From a virus, in IMG/VR virus record IMGVR_UViG_3300037258_000161, positions 32,001-96,000 of that record: a DNA stretch of 64,000 bases. One strand, 5' to 3'. Below, piece after piece: positions 9,658-19,440 of the stretch (its first letter is position 1; each line of letters starts with the position of its first letter). Made by a program: the position numbers and the translations under genes. The notes beneath the pieces are model-generated. The model was not told the origin of the DNA. It did not search any database and worked only from the letters and a program-made list of their open reading frames with translations.

Positions 9658-12600
9658 CTAGCTGTACCGGCCCTTCTGGGCTGCCGCCTTCGCCACGCTG
9701 TTCAGCACGTCCGCCACCGCGGTTCCGGTTGCCTGCCCGATCTGCTTGGCGTTCGTGGTGGTGAGCAGCCCGATGAGCTTGTTCATCTGCTGCCGCGTGG
9801 CCAGGGTGTTGTCCACCGAGTGGATGTCCCGCAGCTGGGAGACGACCGTGGCCGCCTGGGAGCGGGTGAATCCCGCCTGCGACGTGCCGCCGTTGATGGA
9901 CTGACCCGCACCCCCGCCGCCCGCAGTGCTGGCCACGGCGGTCGCCGCCCCGCCACCCGAGCCGCCGCTGCCCGTGGTCAGCTTGACCTTGATCTTGAGG
10001 CCGACATCGAAGTCCTTGCGGACCTCCTTGGCGATCTCGTCACCAAGATCACGCATTTTCTTCTTGAGCTTCGATTCCTCGGCGGTCAGCCCGGACAGGA
10101 ACCCCTTGGAGATGTTCTGGCCGTACTGGATGTCCGCGGCCCGATTGCCGATCAGCTTGTCTTCCTGGGCAATTTTCTTCTCGTCGGCGTTGATCTCGTC
10201 GATGAGCTTCTTGCCGCCGGCGAGCGCCGCCTTCAGGTAGGTGTATCCGTCCACCGGGCCGAGGGCGATGGCCTGCTCGATGAACGTCTTGTCCAGTCCC
10301 GCTCTCTGCGCCTGCCCGATGATGCCGAAGAAGTTCTGAAGATCCTTCAGGTCCTGTGCGAGCTGGGTCTGGATCCCGGCACCGATCTGGGACGCGGTCT
10401 CGCCCGTCTTGGGTGCGGTGAGACTGGACAGGTCGGAGAACGACCCCAGGTTTGAGGTCACCGAGGAGGCGAACTGCTTCATATTCGCTATCTCGGTTGC
10501 GATGGCCGCCGACTTGTCGGCCAGCTTCTCCAGCGCCGACGTCTGGCTGTTCAGCGTGCCCAGGAGCTGCTGCCGCGCCGAGCCTGTGTAGTACTTGCGG
10601 ACCTCGTCGTCGAGCTGCTTCGCCTCAGACTCGATCTGTGACGCGGTCTTCAGCGACCCGTCGCTGAACGCCTTCGCGATGCTCGCCCCGGCCTGCTGCG
10701 CCGCCTGGAGAGCCGCGGGGGACAGCCGCTTCGCGAGGTCCGCCTGCTGCTGCGCCAGATCCTCGCCGCCGAGCCCACTGCGGCCCCATCCGGGGGCCCA
10801 GGGCGGGAGATTGAAGGTGAAGTTGAAGGTATCCGCACCCTCAACGGCTGACACCGCCCCGCCGATGGCGAAGTGGTGTGGCACGTTCTGGCGCCCGGTG
10901 ACACGCGATCCGCCGTACTTCGCGTTGAGCGCATGAATGGCGGAGGAACCCCCGAGCCCGCGAACCGCCTCCGGGACGAGGATGCCCTCGCCAGGCGAGA
11001 GCATCGCGTGCACCGAGTCAACGCCCGGCGCATATCCCGGGATGACGCCGCCGGTAGCCGCGCCCGGGGCAGTCGGCTTCAGTTCCCCGATCGTCGGCGC
11101 CGCTCCAGTGCTCCCGTGCACGAGCACGTCGATATTGATGGTCTTGGAGTGCAGGGCGGCGATCTGGGCGTTCAGTTCAGCGATGAGCTTCGCCGCGCCC
11201 TGACCGTGCAGCCCGGCGGCGTCGAACTGGTTGACCAGGCGCTGCAGCGGCGCGATGGCCTTCGTCGTGCTGCCCGTGGACGTCAGGATGTCCCCGGACA
11301 GCTTCAGGGCCGCCGCCGCCGCCCCAGTCGATGCAGTCGTCGCGGCTTGCGTCGCCGTACTGTAGGTCCCCAGCCGGCCATGTGAGGCCGCCAGGGCCGA
11401 CGCGAGGGAGGTCTGGTCCTGCTTGAAGGTCACCGTGTCGTTCATCAGGGTCAGTTGCGGGGTAACCAGCGCCGCGAAGGCGTTGTTCAGCGCCGAAACC
11501 TTCTCTGTTGTCGTCGCGGTGGCGCTCCCGAGGATTCCTTCCTCGATCGCGAGCTTCGACGTCGCAGTGGACGCCTGAGCTCCGGCCATGGCGTAGGCGA
11601 TGGTCTTGTTCGCCGCATCCTGGGCGGACCGGCCGCCCTTGGCGAACGCCGACGACGACACCCCGGCCGCCTCGGCGGCCTTGATGGCCTGCGCCTGGCT
11701 GATCCCGAGCGCCTGCTCAACCTCGCCGAGACCGGCTTTCAGGTTCTTCGCCGACGCCGACGCCTGCTGCTGCGCCGTCGCTACCTGACCCTGAGCCTGG
11801 ACGTACGCCTCGGAGCCGTAGCGGCCCTTCTCGAAGCCCGACGCCGTGTCCTGGATGTCCTTGTTCAGCTTCACGGCACCGGAGCCGGTCAGGGACATCT
11901 GGCTGGCCAGCTTCTGGTAGCCCGCCACATTGAAGCCGCTGGCCTGGTCGGCTTCCCGCATCTTGTCAATGAGGCCGGAGAGGGACGGGGTGTCCTGCAG
12001 CGCCACGTACCCGAGGGCACCGATGGCGACCGCAGCGCCGCCGATGAGGGCGGCTGGCGGTATGGCGGCACCGAGGGCCAGCATTGCAGCACCGAGGCCG
12101 CCAGAGCCGATCGCTGCCGCCGCTCCGTCTGCTGCGACAGCGGTTCCCTCGATGGCGGTAGTCCCTGCGGCGGCCTCGGCCGCCGCGGCCGTCGTCGCGG
12201 CAGCCGTTGCCTCCGTGGCGGCAGCCGCGCCCTCCTCGGCCACTCCAAGGCCCTTGTATGCGGCCGTGACCTGCGCCACCCACGCCCACTTGCCGGACAG
12301 GCCGGCGATGACATCCGAGGAGACCGTGAAGTCGGCATTGGAAATGGAGCCCAGTTCAACGGCTGCGGAGAACGCCTTGACGGCCGCCGTGACGCTGCCG
12401 ATTGGGCCGCGGAGTGCCAGGTACGCGAGCCCGGCATCCACGAGGAGGGGATTCGCGCGCAGCAGGGGTGACACGACGTCGGATATGCCAGTCGCCAGCG
12501 CGGTGACCGGCGGCAGGACGGCATGCAGCCCGGCCACGAGATCGCCTGTGAGGGCGCCCGTGATCTGCAGGATCGGGGGCAGGAGCTTGTCCAGGGCACC

Positions 12601-13686
12601 GATCAGGGTGTTCACCAGCGCAACGGACTGCGTGGCATTCCCGTTGGAGGCGAACGTCTGGAAAAGGTCACCCAGGGTCTTGCCCAGCAGCGACGCGGTC
12701 TGCCCGAGTTCGGCTTCCGCCGGCTGCATTTCACGAAGCGCCGAGGTGAACTCCGGCAGGAACTCCGCAGCCCCCTGGTGCAGCCCCGACAGCAGATCTC
12801 TCAGCCCGGGAAGGCCGGCCTGGAAGGCGGCTGCCACTTCCGGGGTCAGCCCCTCAAGGCCCGTGGCGAATTCCTGCAGCGAGGGCAGGAGTTCGGTGGC
12901 AATGGGGGCCAGTTCGGTGATGGCCTCGTCCTTGACCCCGGTGAACATCGAGGTCACCGCGGCCTTGAGTTTCGGGTCCCCGGCGATCACCGCGGCGGCG
13001 ATGCCGCCCACGAGCCCCACGCCTATCGCGGCCCCGGCCGCCGGAGCCAGGGCAGCCGCCCCGACGAGGATGCCGGCGATGAGGGTGCCGAGGCCGATGC
13101 CGCCCCCGCCGGCTGCCGAGCCTGAGTCGCTCACCCCCTTGAGGGCAGCGCCAGCCTCAATGGCCTTGTCCCGGACACTGGCGAGGGACTCGGCCTCCGC
13201 CTCATTGGCCGCGGCACTCTCCGCAGCTGCCCCCGCCTCTTCCGCGACAGCACCGGCTAGCTCATTGAGGGCGCCCCCGGCTTCGGCTCCGTCGCGGCCC
13301 ACATTGGCCAGGGCTTCCGCGAAGGCTTCGGAAGACGCGTCCCCGCCGTCCATGAGGCCGGCGAGTTCCTCAACCGAGCCGCCCAGGGCCTGGGTGGTCG
13401 CGGCCACCTGGCCCATCTGGTCCCGCAGATGGGAGGCACCCTCGGAGGTGGTGGCAAGGCTGTCGTCCAGGGTGCCGAGTTCGGCATCGACTTCTGCGAC
13501 ATTGCTGTTGATGTTGAGCTTGGTGTCGGCAAGGGCGGCTTCTATGCCCTCTTTGAGATGATCACCGATCTCAACGCCCAGCTCGTCAGCCTCGGGCAGT
13601 ATCTGGCTTTTAAGCTTGTCTGACCAGCCCTGGGCGCTCGGCACCACGGCGACGGTCACAGACCCGACTTCGCCCGCAGAAGGCAC
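9658..13686 (-). CDS. Tape measure protein
   Basis: 1342 aa, Ala-rich; ATGGVIPGYAPGVDSVHAMLSPGE motif; follows tail chaperones. Confidence 0.95.
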   Translation of the reverse strand: MPSAGEVGSVTVAVVPSAQGWSDKLKSQILPEADELGVEIGDHLKEGIEAALADTKLNINSNVAEVDAELGTLDDSLATTSEGASHLRDQMGQVAATTQALGGSVEELAGLMDGGDASSEAFAEALANVGRDGAEAGGALNELAGAVAEEAGAAAESAAANEAEAESLASVRDKAIEAGAALKGVSDSGSAAGGGGIGLGTLIAGILVGAAALAPAAGAAIGVGLVGGIAAAVIAGDPKLKAAVTSMFTGVKDEAITELAPIATELLPSLQEFATGLEGLTPEVAAAFQAGLPGLRDLLSGLHQGAAEFLPEFTSALREMQPAEAELGQTASLLGKTLGDLFQTFASNGNATQSVALVNTLIGALDKLLPPILQITGALTGDLVAGLHAVLPPVTALATGISDVVSPLLRANPLLVDAGLAYLALRGPIGSVTAAVKAFSAAVELGSISNADFTVSSDVIAGLSGKWAWVAQVTAAYKGLGVAEEGAAAATEATAAATTAAAAEAAAGTTAIEGTAVAADGAAAAIGSGGLGAAMLALGAAIPPAALIGGAAVAIGALGYVALQDTPSLSGLIDKMREADQASGFNVAGYQKLASQMSLTGSGAVKLNKDIQDTASGFEKGRYGSEAYVQAQGQVATAQQQASASAKNLKAGLGEVEQALGISQAQAIKAAEAAGVSSSAFAKGGRSAQDAANKTIAYAMAGAQASTATSKLAIEEGILGSATATTTEKVSALNNAFAALVTPQLTLMNDTVTFKQDQTSLASALAASHGRLGTYSTATQAATTASTGAAAAALKLSGDILTSTGSTTKAIAPLQRLVNQFDAAGLHGQGAAKLIAELNAQIAALHSKTINIDVLVHGSTGAAPTIGELKPTAPGAATGGVIPGYAPGVDSVHAMLSPGEGILVPEAVRGLGGSSAIHALNAKYGGSRVTGRQNVPHHFAIGGAVSAVEGADTFNFTFNLPPWAPGWGRSGLGGEDLAQQQADLAKRLSPAALQAAQQAGASIAKAFSDGSLKTASQIESEAKQLDDEVRKYYTGSARQQLLGTLNSQTSALEKLADKSAAIATEIANMKQFASSVTSNLGSFSDLSSLTAPKTGETASQIGAGIQTQLAQDLKDLQNFFGIIGQAQRAGLDKTFIEQAIALGPVDGYTYLKAALAGGKKLIDEINADEKKIAQEDKLIGNRAADIQYGQNISKGFLSGLTAEESKLKKKMRDLGDEIAKEVRKDFDVGLKIKVKLTTGSGGSGGGAATAVASTAGGGGAGQSINGGTSQAGFTRSQAATVVSQLRDIHSVDNTLATRQQMNKLIGLLTTTNAKQIGQATGTAVADVLNSVAKAAAQKGRYS

Positions 13687-13733
13687 GCTTTGTCACCGCC
13701 TTCCCGCTCGCCGGTCCGGGCAGCGGGAAAGCC

Positions 13734-14210
13734 TCACTCCAGCGCCGGTATCTCCAGTCCCCCCTCGGCCGCCCTCTTCCGCAGGCGCGGATCCAGGCGC
13801 AGCCTGTCTTTCATGCTGAGCCGCTTCCTCCTCGGCCTGGCGCCGGGGCGCTGCACCGGGTCAGGAGGCGACCCGGCTGCATTGCCGCCGGCGCTCGCTG
13901 CCACGGTGGTCCACCGCAGCAGCCGCACCTCGTCCACGAGCAGGGCCAGAAGCATCTCCGGGGAAGACCAGCGGCCGGCGTCCGGATCAACCGGCTCCAC
14001 TGGTGCCGCGTCCGGGTCATCCTGCGCGGCGTTGCGGAGCCCGGTCAGCGTCAGGGACTCCGGAGGGAGCGCGTCGATCAGTACGAGGAGCTTGCGCAGG
14101 CTGAGCTTGCCGCGGTAGTGATCAAGCAGGTCCAGCCCGTAGTAACGGTGCAGGTCGGCCTCTAGCGCCTCGTGGTGCTCCTTGAGGAACGCGAGCGCCG
14201 AGAGGGTTTT
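13734..14210 (-). CDS. Tail assembly chaperone, -1 frame portion (gpGT-like)
   Basis: The -1 frame after GGGAAAA reads TLSALAFLKEHHEALEADLHRYYGLDL...LIDALPPES...WSSPEMLLA. Confidence 0.85.
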   Translation of the reverse strand, partial: KTLSALAFLKEHHEALEADLHRYYGLDLLDHYRGKLSLRKLLVLIDALPPESLTLTGLRNAAQDDPDAAPVEPVDPDAGRWSSPEMLLALLVDEVRLLRWTTVAASAGGNAAGSPPDPVQRPGARPRRKRLSMKDRLRLDPRLRKRAAEGGLEIPALE

Positions 14211-14536
14211 CCCGGCGTGATACCACTGGCAGAGGACACGACCTCGATGATCCGCTCAAGCTGGTAGTTCCGGACCTTCGCCGCGGTGAACGCCTTGAAG
14301 TCCTTGTCGCTCAGGACGCGCTGCGCCCACGCGATCGAGTTTCCGTTCCCGAGGAACACGCTGGCCTCGTGCGGCCAGTCCTTCTGATGCGGGAAGGTGA
14401 CGACCTTCCCGCCGATGCGGACGCTCGTGGGCTCGCCGACCGCCTCACGGCGCAGGGCGTCATCTTCGGCGTCCAGGTCGAGGTCAACAACGTCAGCCTC
14501 TTCAGCGTCCCGTTCCGGGGCGTCTGCGGCGGTCAT
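14162..14536 (-). CDS. Tail assembly chaperone (gpG-like)
   Basis: Between major tail and tape measure; ends ...ITPGK at the slippery site. Confidence 0.9.
   Translation of the reverse strand: MTAADAPERDAEEADVVDLDLDAEDDALRREAVGEPTSVRIGGKVVTFPHQKDWPHEASVFLGNGNSIAWAQRVLSDKDFKAFTAAKVRNYQLERIIEVVSSASGITPGKPSRRSRSSRSTTRR
14207..14213 (-). other. Programmed -1 frameshift slippery site GGGAAAA
   Basis: G GGA AAA heptamer joins the two chaperone frames. Confidence 0.85.
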
Positions 14537-14618
14537 TCAGGGTCCTCTCTGGCGCTCCCATTCCGGCAGCGCGGACGGCAGGAAACGGCCCGGTACATTC
14601 CGCACCGGGCCGCACTGG

Positions 14619-15224
14619 TTACGCGAAGAACGGCGTCAGATCAGCGGCGCCGTAGTCGATGTAGCGCTGGATCGCCGCCCTGGTGGACCCGATCATGTCG
14701 GGGTACAGGGTGATGGTCAGCTGGATGGTCTCGGCGTCGGTCTGCTGCTGCTGGTCGTTGCCGCGGCTGGTCACCTTGGCGTTGACAGCGAAGTTCCGCA
14801 TCGCCTTGTCGCCGTCGATGGTGTCGAACAGGAAGCAGTACCTGTTGTCGGTGGGGATCTCGGGCATCAGGTACGTGGCCACGGTGGTGCCGGTCGCAGG
14901 CTGCAGCTGGTCGAGCAGCACATCGTCGTACAGCGCCCTGACGGCGGGGTTCAGGCCCTCCATGAAGGTGACGTCGAACGTCTTAGGGGCTGCGGACGTG
15001 ATGGTGCGGATCGGGTCCAGTGTGCCGGCCGCCATCACATCCTTGATGGTCTCGGCCAGCTTGAAGGTGGCACCCGTGGTGTCCACCCAGCCCAGGCAGA
15101 TCCACGGCGATGTCACCGCAGCGAAGCCCGCGGGCGGCGTAGTACCCAGGTCGGCGTAGTACGCCATGACATCACCTGCGGCATATGTGAGGTCAGCTGA
15201 CCTAGTGTCCGTAATGAGACTCAC
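14619..15224 (-). CDS. Major tail protein
   Basis: WICLGWVDTTG motif; 201 aa; synteny. Confidence 0.9.
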   Translation of the reverse strand: MSLITDTRSADLTYAAGDVMAYYADLGTTPPAGFAAVTSPWICLGWVDTTGATFKLAETIKDVMAAGTLDPIRTITSAAPKTFDVTFMEGLNPAVRALYDDVLLDQLQPATGTTVATYLMPEIPTDNRYCFLFDTIDGDKAMRNFAVNAKVTSRGNDQQQQTDAETIQLTITLYPDMIGSTRAAIQRYIDYGAADLTPFFA

Positions 15225-15235
15225 CCTCTATCTAG

Positions 15236-15934
15236 TCAGGTTTCCTCACCGCCCGTCCCATTAGGCGATGTGGGGGCGGATTTGGGTTCGGTAGTGACTG
15301 CCGGCCAGACGACCTGCGCTCTTGCGGTCAGGACGTTCTTCCGGTACGTCGGGTCCTGCCACTGGGCCTTCCGGGTCGCACTGAGTTTCGCTAGCGCCTC
15401 CGCAGAGTGCGTTCGGCCTATGTGAGCTTCCGAGCGGTTCTTACGGCCCTCTTCGGAGCGCTGCCCTGCCAGGATGGCGGCACGTTTCTCCTTGTCAGCC
15501 CACATAGCGCGACCGTTCGCGGACATCGTGGCCAGCAGTTCCGGGCTCTTCTCGCGACCGCGGTTAGCCGCCCCGATCTTGGCCCGCGTCTCGGCGGACA
15601 CCACGCGCCCGCGGTGTGCCGCGCTGAGCTTGGCCCGCGTCTCAGGGGAGATCGAGCCCTTGATGCGCTCATTGAGCAGTGCGCCGCGGGTGAGTTTGCG
15701 CAGGGCGATGATGCATGCCCGCTCCACCTTGTTGGCCTCTTCGCCGTCCTCGACGATGGCGATGATCCGGAAGGCTGGCGGAGCATCCAGCGTCCGCAGC
15801 CACTGGTGCAGCTTGTTGTTCCTGCGGGTGCGGTCGTTCCAGTGCTGGCGCTGCCTGCCTTTACCGCTCACGGACTGCCCGATGTACCTGATCTCACCCG
15901 CGTCGCCGAGTACGGCGTAGATGTCTGTAGCCAT
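15236..15934 (-). CDS. GIY-YIG homing endonuclease with NUMOD3-type repeats
   Basis: DIY-x9-RYIGQS; repeats SPETRAKLSAAHRG / SAETRAKIGAANRG / SAEALAKLSA. Confidence 0.85.
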   Translation of the reverse strand: MATDIYAVLGDAGEIRYIGQSVSGKGRQRQHWNDRTRRNNKLHQWLRTLDAPPAFRIIAIVEDGEEANKVERACIIALRKLTRGALLNERIKGSISPETRAKLSAAHRGRVVSAETRAKIGAANRGREKSPELLATMSANGRAMWADKEKRAAILAGQRSEEGRKNRSEAHIGRTHSAEALAKLSATRKAQWQDPTYRKNVLTARAQVVWPAVTTEPKSAPTSPNGTGGEET

Positions 15935-15977
15935 GCGGTCTATTGTACATCCATGTACATGAGCTAGCATGGATGTC
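15935..15977. promoter_or_regulatory. Overlapping divergent leaderless promoters with TGTACAT repeats
   Basis: - strand TACAAT-N7-ATG; + strand TTGTAC-N16-TAGCAT-N7-ATG; TGTACAT twice. Confidence 0.6.
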
Positions 15978-16169
15978 ATGAGCGAGTCTTCAGAGAAAGG
16001 CGTCGCCGAGTTGCGGCTTGAACTGGCCGACGTCCTCAATGCCGCCGCCGTGCGCGGCGAGATAACCTACGTCACCAACCGCGGGAGGCGCATGGCCGCC
16101 GTCGTCCCCATTCCCGTCGCTGAGGCGGCCGAAGCGGCGGCCAAGTCGAGGACTGATCGGCAGAGATGA
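15978..16169 (+). CDS. Phd/YefM-family DNA-binding protein
   Basis: GVAELRLELADVLNAA...GEITYVTNRGRRMAAVVP fits the Phd consensus. Confidence 0.8.
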   Translation: MSESSEKGVAELRLELADVLNAAAVRGEITYVTNRGRRMAAVVPIPVAEAAEAAAKSRTDRQR

Positions 16170-16624
16170 CTACCGATAAGGCCGTTGACGTCTGGCTGAT
16201 CGCCTTCCTGTCCGCCCGGCTGGACGAGGACGAGCTGGCCGCGCGGAACGCGGGCGGGGAGACATGGGACTTCACGGGCCCGGACTGCAAGGTACGCGTC
16301 CGCGAGCCTGACGGCGACCTCGGGCGCATCATCGCCTACTGCCGGCACGGCGAGCCACTGAACGAAGATCTGGCGCTCGCAATCCATATCGGCCACAACG
16401 ACCCAGCCCGCACGCTCCGCGAGATCGAGATCGAGATCGAGATCAGGCGGGCGAGGCTGAGGCGGTACCTGGAACAGCCCAGCTGGCACCTGCCCGAGGG
16501 TGTCCGCGACACCGACGAGCGCCAGCGCGCCCAGATAGTGAAAGACGTACTGGACGGCGAGGTCCGGGAGGACGCCGCCGTCTACAGCGACCATCCGGAC
16601 TACCGGCAGGAGTGGAAACCATGA
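16166..16624 (+). CDS. DUF6221-like protein
   Basis: FLSARLDEDE...DPARTLRE...YSDHPDYRQEWKP. Confidence 0.8.
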   Translation: MTTDKAVDVWLIAFLSARLDEDELAARNAGGETWDFTGPDCKVRVREPDGDLGRIIAYCRHGEPLNEDLALAIHIGHNDPARTLREIEIEIEIRRARLRRYLEQPSWHLPEGVRDTDERQRAQIVKDVLDGEVREDAAVYSDHPDYRQEWKP

Positions 16625-16824
16625 CCGGCCAGATCCTGGTCATCCTGGGGATTGCGATTGCCGTGTTCGTAACGGTCATCCTGGGTGCGTTCTTGTATGC
16701 GGCGCTCAAGGGGGCCACATTCCGTGAGGCGTGGCACCTCTGGTGGGAAGCTGTGGACCGCGAATACAAGGAGCACCCGACGTGGATTGCCCGGTGGCGC
16801 AGGCGCCGGCGAGCGCCTAAGTGA
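16621..16824 (+). CDS. Small membrane protein
   Basis: One transmembrane segment, basic C-terminus; ATGA overlap with upstream gene. Confidence 0.65.
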   Translation: MTGQILVILGIAIAVFVTVILGAFLYAALKGATFREAWHLWWEAVDREYKEHPTWIARWRRRRRAPK

Positions 16825-16833
16825 CGTGCCCTG

Positions 16834-17265
16834 TCAGGGCCGGGCGTGGATCTCGTAGCTCGCGCCGTAACGCGACATGTCCTGGTTCTCGTCGGGGATC
16901 CACCGCGGCCCGACTACCACCGTGACCGTCTGGACCGTCCCCTCCGGCAGGCTCACCCCCCGCAGCTGCCACAGCAGGAGGCATTCGCAGGCCTGCGCGA
17001 TGGCGTACGCCGCATCCCGGTCGAACGAGTACACGTCCAGGTCCACGATCGGGCGGTCCACGAAATAGCTCCGCGTCGCACCGGACACGCGGCTGATCCG
17101 GGTCCACGCACCGGACGCGCCAGGGGGGATGTACGGCAGGTCGGTGCAGAGCCTCACCGGGGCGAGCACGGCGTTCTGCCCGAGCCCCTGCTGCCCGGTG
17201 AGCCAGTTGAGCAGCAACACCTCGATGTCAGGGAACGGCTTCGGGCTGAACCTCGGCAGCGGCAC
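16834..17265 (-). CDS. Tail terminator
   Basis: FPDIEVLL...DRPIVDLDVY; synteny. Confidence 0.8.
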   Translation of the reverse strand: MPLPRFSPKPFPDIEVLLLNWLTGQQGLGQNAVLAPVRLCTDLPYIPPGASGAWTRISRVSGATRSYFVDRPIVDLDVYSFDRDAAYAIAQACECLLLWQLRGVSLPEGTVQTVTVVVGPRWIPDENQDMSRYGASYEIHARP

Positions 17266-17266
17266 G

Positions 17267-17605
17267 TCAGTCGCCGGCCGCGCTCATCAGCGCGTTGAGC
17301 ATCGTGTGGTGAGCCAGCTGGCGGTGCGTGCCGTACTCGACCCAGCGGGCTTCGGGGGCTGAGTTCGAGATGATTGCTGCCGCCCTGTCCCCTTTCCAGC
17401 CGCCAGCGCTGGTGATCGTCATAGAGAAGGAGTCCTTGTACCGGCCGCGGTGCGGATCTTCCCAGTCGCCGTGATAGACGGGGGCCGTGGCGATGCACTG
17501 CGCCAGGACGTTCGCGCCGCGGCGTCCCATCTCGGCCTGCAGGAAGTCCGAGCGGAGCATGGCACCGATTCCGGCATAGCTGCCCTGGTAGGTGCTGCCG
17601 CCCAT
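17267..17605 (-). CDS. HK97 gp10-like neck protein
   Basis: APV...GRYKDS...ARWVEYGT motif. Confidence 0.8.
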   Translation of the reverse strand: MGGSTYQGSYAGIGAMLRSDFLQAEMGRRGANVLAQCIATAPVYHGDWEDPHRGRYKDSFSMTITSAGGWKGDRAAAIISNSAPEARWVEYGTHRQLAHHTMLNALMSAAGD

Positions 17606-17614
17606 TGGTGCCCC

Positions 17615-17986
17615 CTAACCCGCCTCGGTAGACATGTGGGCCGTGGCGCCCGTGACGCGCTTCAGGTGGACGAAGACCGGGCCGACGAGGCCGGTAAAGG
17701 GCGACGTCCAGGTGCCACCCTCGCCAGTAATCTCGAACGTTTCGCCGTTCTCGCGGATGATCCGGTCCTGCGGCGCGACCGGTGTTCCCCGGGGCAGGTA
17801 CATCTGGCCACCAGCCGTGACCTGCTCAGTGCCGATCGCGGCTTCGGCCTCGGTACCGGGCTCCCATGCGACGGGGCCGACCGTAGAGTCGGTGAAGGTG
17901 ATGATGTCGTTGCCGCGAGCGCTCCGGCCGGTTATGGCCGCCCTTTGGTACGTGACGTACTCACCTGGACCGCCGGGATCCAGCAT
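17615..17986 (-). CDS. Head-to-tail stopper
   Basis: DRII..GETFEITG...WTSPFTG; synteny. Confidence 0.8.
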   Translation of the reverse strand: MLDPGGPGEYVTYQRAAITGRSARGNDIITFTDSTVGPVAWEPGTEAEAAIGTEQVTAGGQMYLPRGTPVAPQDRIIRENGETFEITGEGGTWTSPFTGLVGPVFVHLKRVTGATAHMSTEAG

Positions 17987-18007
17987 CGGCTACCTCCCGC
18001 GCTCCGG

Positions 18008-18343
18008 TCAGGCCACGTGCTTCCAGGTCACCCGGTTGACGACGTCGTGCACGGTCGGCTGCTTTACGCCATAGGCGGCACCGAGGGTCTGCTGGGAGAC
18101 GCCGCCTGCGTCCCATCTGCGGCGTATCTCTCTCACTTTGTCCTCGTTCAATTTGGCGCAGCAGTGCTCGTTGCCCTTGGCTGGGTGAAGTGAGCCATGG
18201 CGCAGCGAGTCCTGCACGTTCTCGCTGTGAGTGCCGAACTCAAGGTTGGACGCAGCACAGTCGGTCTTGATGCCGTTCTTGTGCCGGCGGACCAGACCGG
18301 GCGGCAGAGGTCCGAGGAAAGCGGCCAGGTCGTATCCGCGCAT
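18008..18343 (-). CDS. HNH endonuclease with C-terminal HTH
   Basis: RHKNGIKTDCAASNLEFGTHSENVQD; AKLNEDKVREIR. Confidence 0.85.
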   Translation of the reverse strand: MRGYDLAAFLGPLPPGLVRRHKNGIKTDCAASNLEFGTHSENVQDSLRHGSLHPAKGNEHCCAKLNEDKVREIRRRWDAGGVSQQTLGAAYGVKQPTVHDVVNRVTWKHVA

Positions 18344-18987
18344 TAGCGCAGGCGCGTCATGATCGTGCCAGTCGTGAGCCGGTAGTCCTTCAGTGCCGCG
18401 AGGTCAGCCTGAGTCAGGGCGACCGCCACGCCACCGCCAGACCGCTCCAAACGGTACGAATACGCCCCTAATGTTTCCCCGATCACGCCCGCCGCAAGAG
18501 TCGGCGCCGCGAGTACTGACAGCACTGCATTCGCGCAGACCATCACCACGTCGTCGGGTACCTCGGGGTAACCGTAGTTCCGGCAGACCTTGAAGGTCTG
18601 GGGGTACAAATCGGAATCCCAGTACACATAGGGCAGGTTGATGATGAAGTCGGTCCCCACGTCCAACCGGATGCGGTCGATCCCGTCGAAGATGAACCAG
18701 GTGATCGGGATGTCCGGCAAATCAATGCCGCCGCCGAAGTCGCTCCCGATCGCGGTCACGGAGATGACCTCGGTCGTGGTCTTGTCCGGCAGCAGGATCT
18801 CGGAGTCGTGGCCGCGGAAGATGCCCGTCTCATCCGCGTGCAGCAGGAAGTCCCGCCGGCAGTAGCGGCGGATCTGCGCCGAGGCGTCGGCCAGGAGCGC
18901 CGGGGCACGCGTGGCCTCAGCCTCGGTCAGGTCGCGCCCCAGCCGCGCGGCGACGTCATCCGGCTGGGCGAGAGGGGGCGGGCTCAT
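18343..18987 (-). CDS. Head-to-tail adaptor
   Basis: LAQPDDVAARLGR...LLADASAQIR...ETLGAYSY. Confidence 0.85.
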   Translation of the reverse strand: MSPPPLAQPDDVAARLGRDLTEAEATRAPALLADASAQIRRYCRRDFLLHADETGIFRGHDSEILLPDKTTTEVISVTAIGSDFGGGIDLPDIPITWFIFDGIDRIRLDVGTDFIINLPYVYWDSDLYPQTFKVCRNYGYPEVPDDVVMVCANAVLSVLAAPTLAAGVIGETLGAYSYRLERSGGGVAVALTQADLAALKDYRLTTGTIMTRLR

Positions 18988-19035
18988 CGGCTACCCCTTC
19001 CTGCCGTCACCGGATGACGTCGCCGCGGTCAGGTG

Positions 19036-19389
19036 CTAGTGGGTGCGGATGCGGCCGGTCACCCAGAGGGTGATCTTCGCCGTGGTCCCCTGCAGGCCAC
19101 TGAGGAAGTCGCCGGGCTGCATGACGATGCCGAGTGTGCCGAGGGTTGAGGCCAGCGATGACGAGGACACCGCCGCCACGGACAGGGCGGCGGCCACGCG
19201 GTGCGTGACCCCGGCGGTACCCCCCGAGGGCACGACGTCCAGCGTGTAGCCGTACGCGGTGCTCCCGTCGTTGTTGCAGGCCACCACGTTGTCGAGGATC
19301 CAGTCCTCGCCGGCCGGAACGGTGGCGAGGGTGGTCGCCGAGGTAGTCGGCTGTCCCTTGTAGAAGTTGGCGTTCTGGAGCGGTCCCAT
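19036..19389 (-). CDS. Small beta-sandwich virion (decoration-like) protein
   Basis: Follows capsid; paralog of 34305-34670. Confidence 0.6.
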   Translation of the reverse strand: MGPLQNANFYKGQPTTSATTLATVPAGEDWILDNVVACNNDGSTAYGYTLDVVPSGGTAGVTHRVAAALSVAAVSSSSLASTLGTLGIVMQPGDFLSGLQGTTAKITLWVTGRIRTH

Positions 19390-19440
19390 GCGTCTTCTCC
19401 TGTTCCTGGTTCGTGTCTTCGTGTTGCCCGGGAACCGGCG

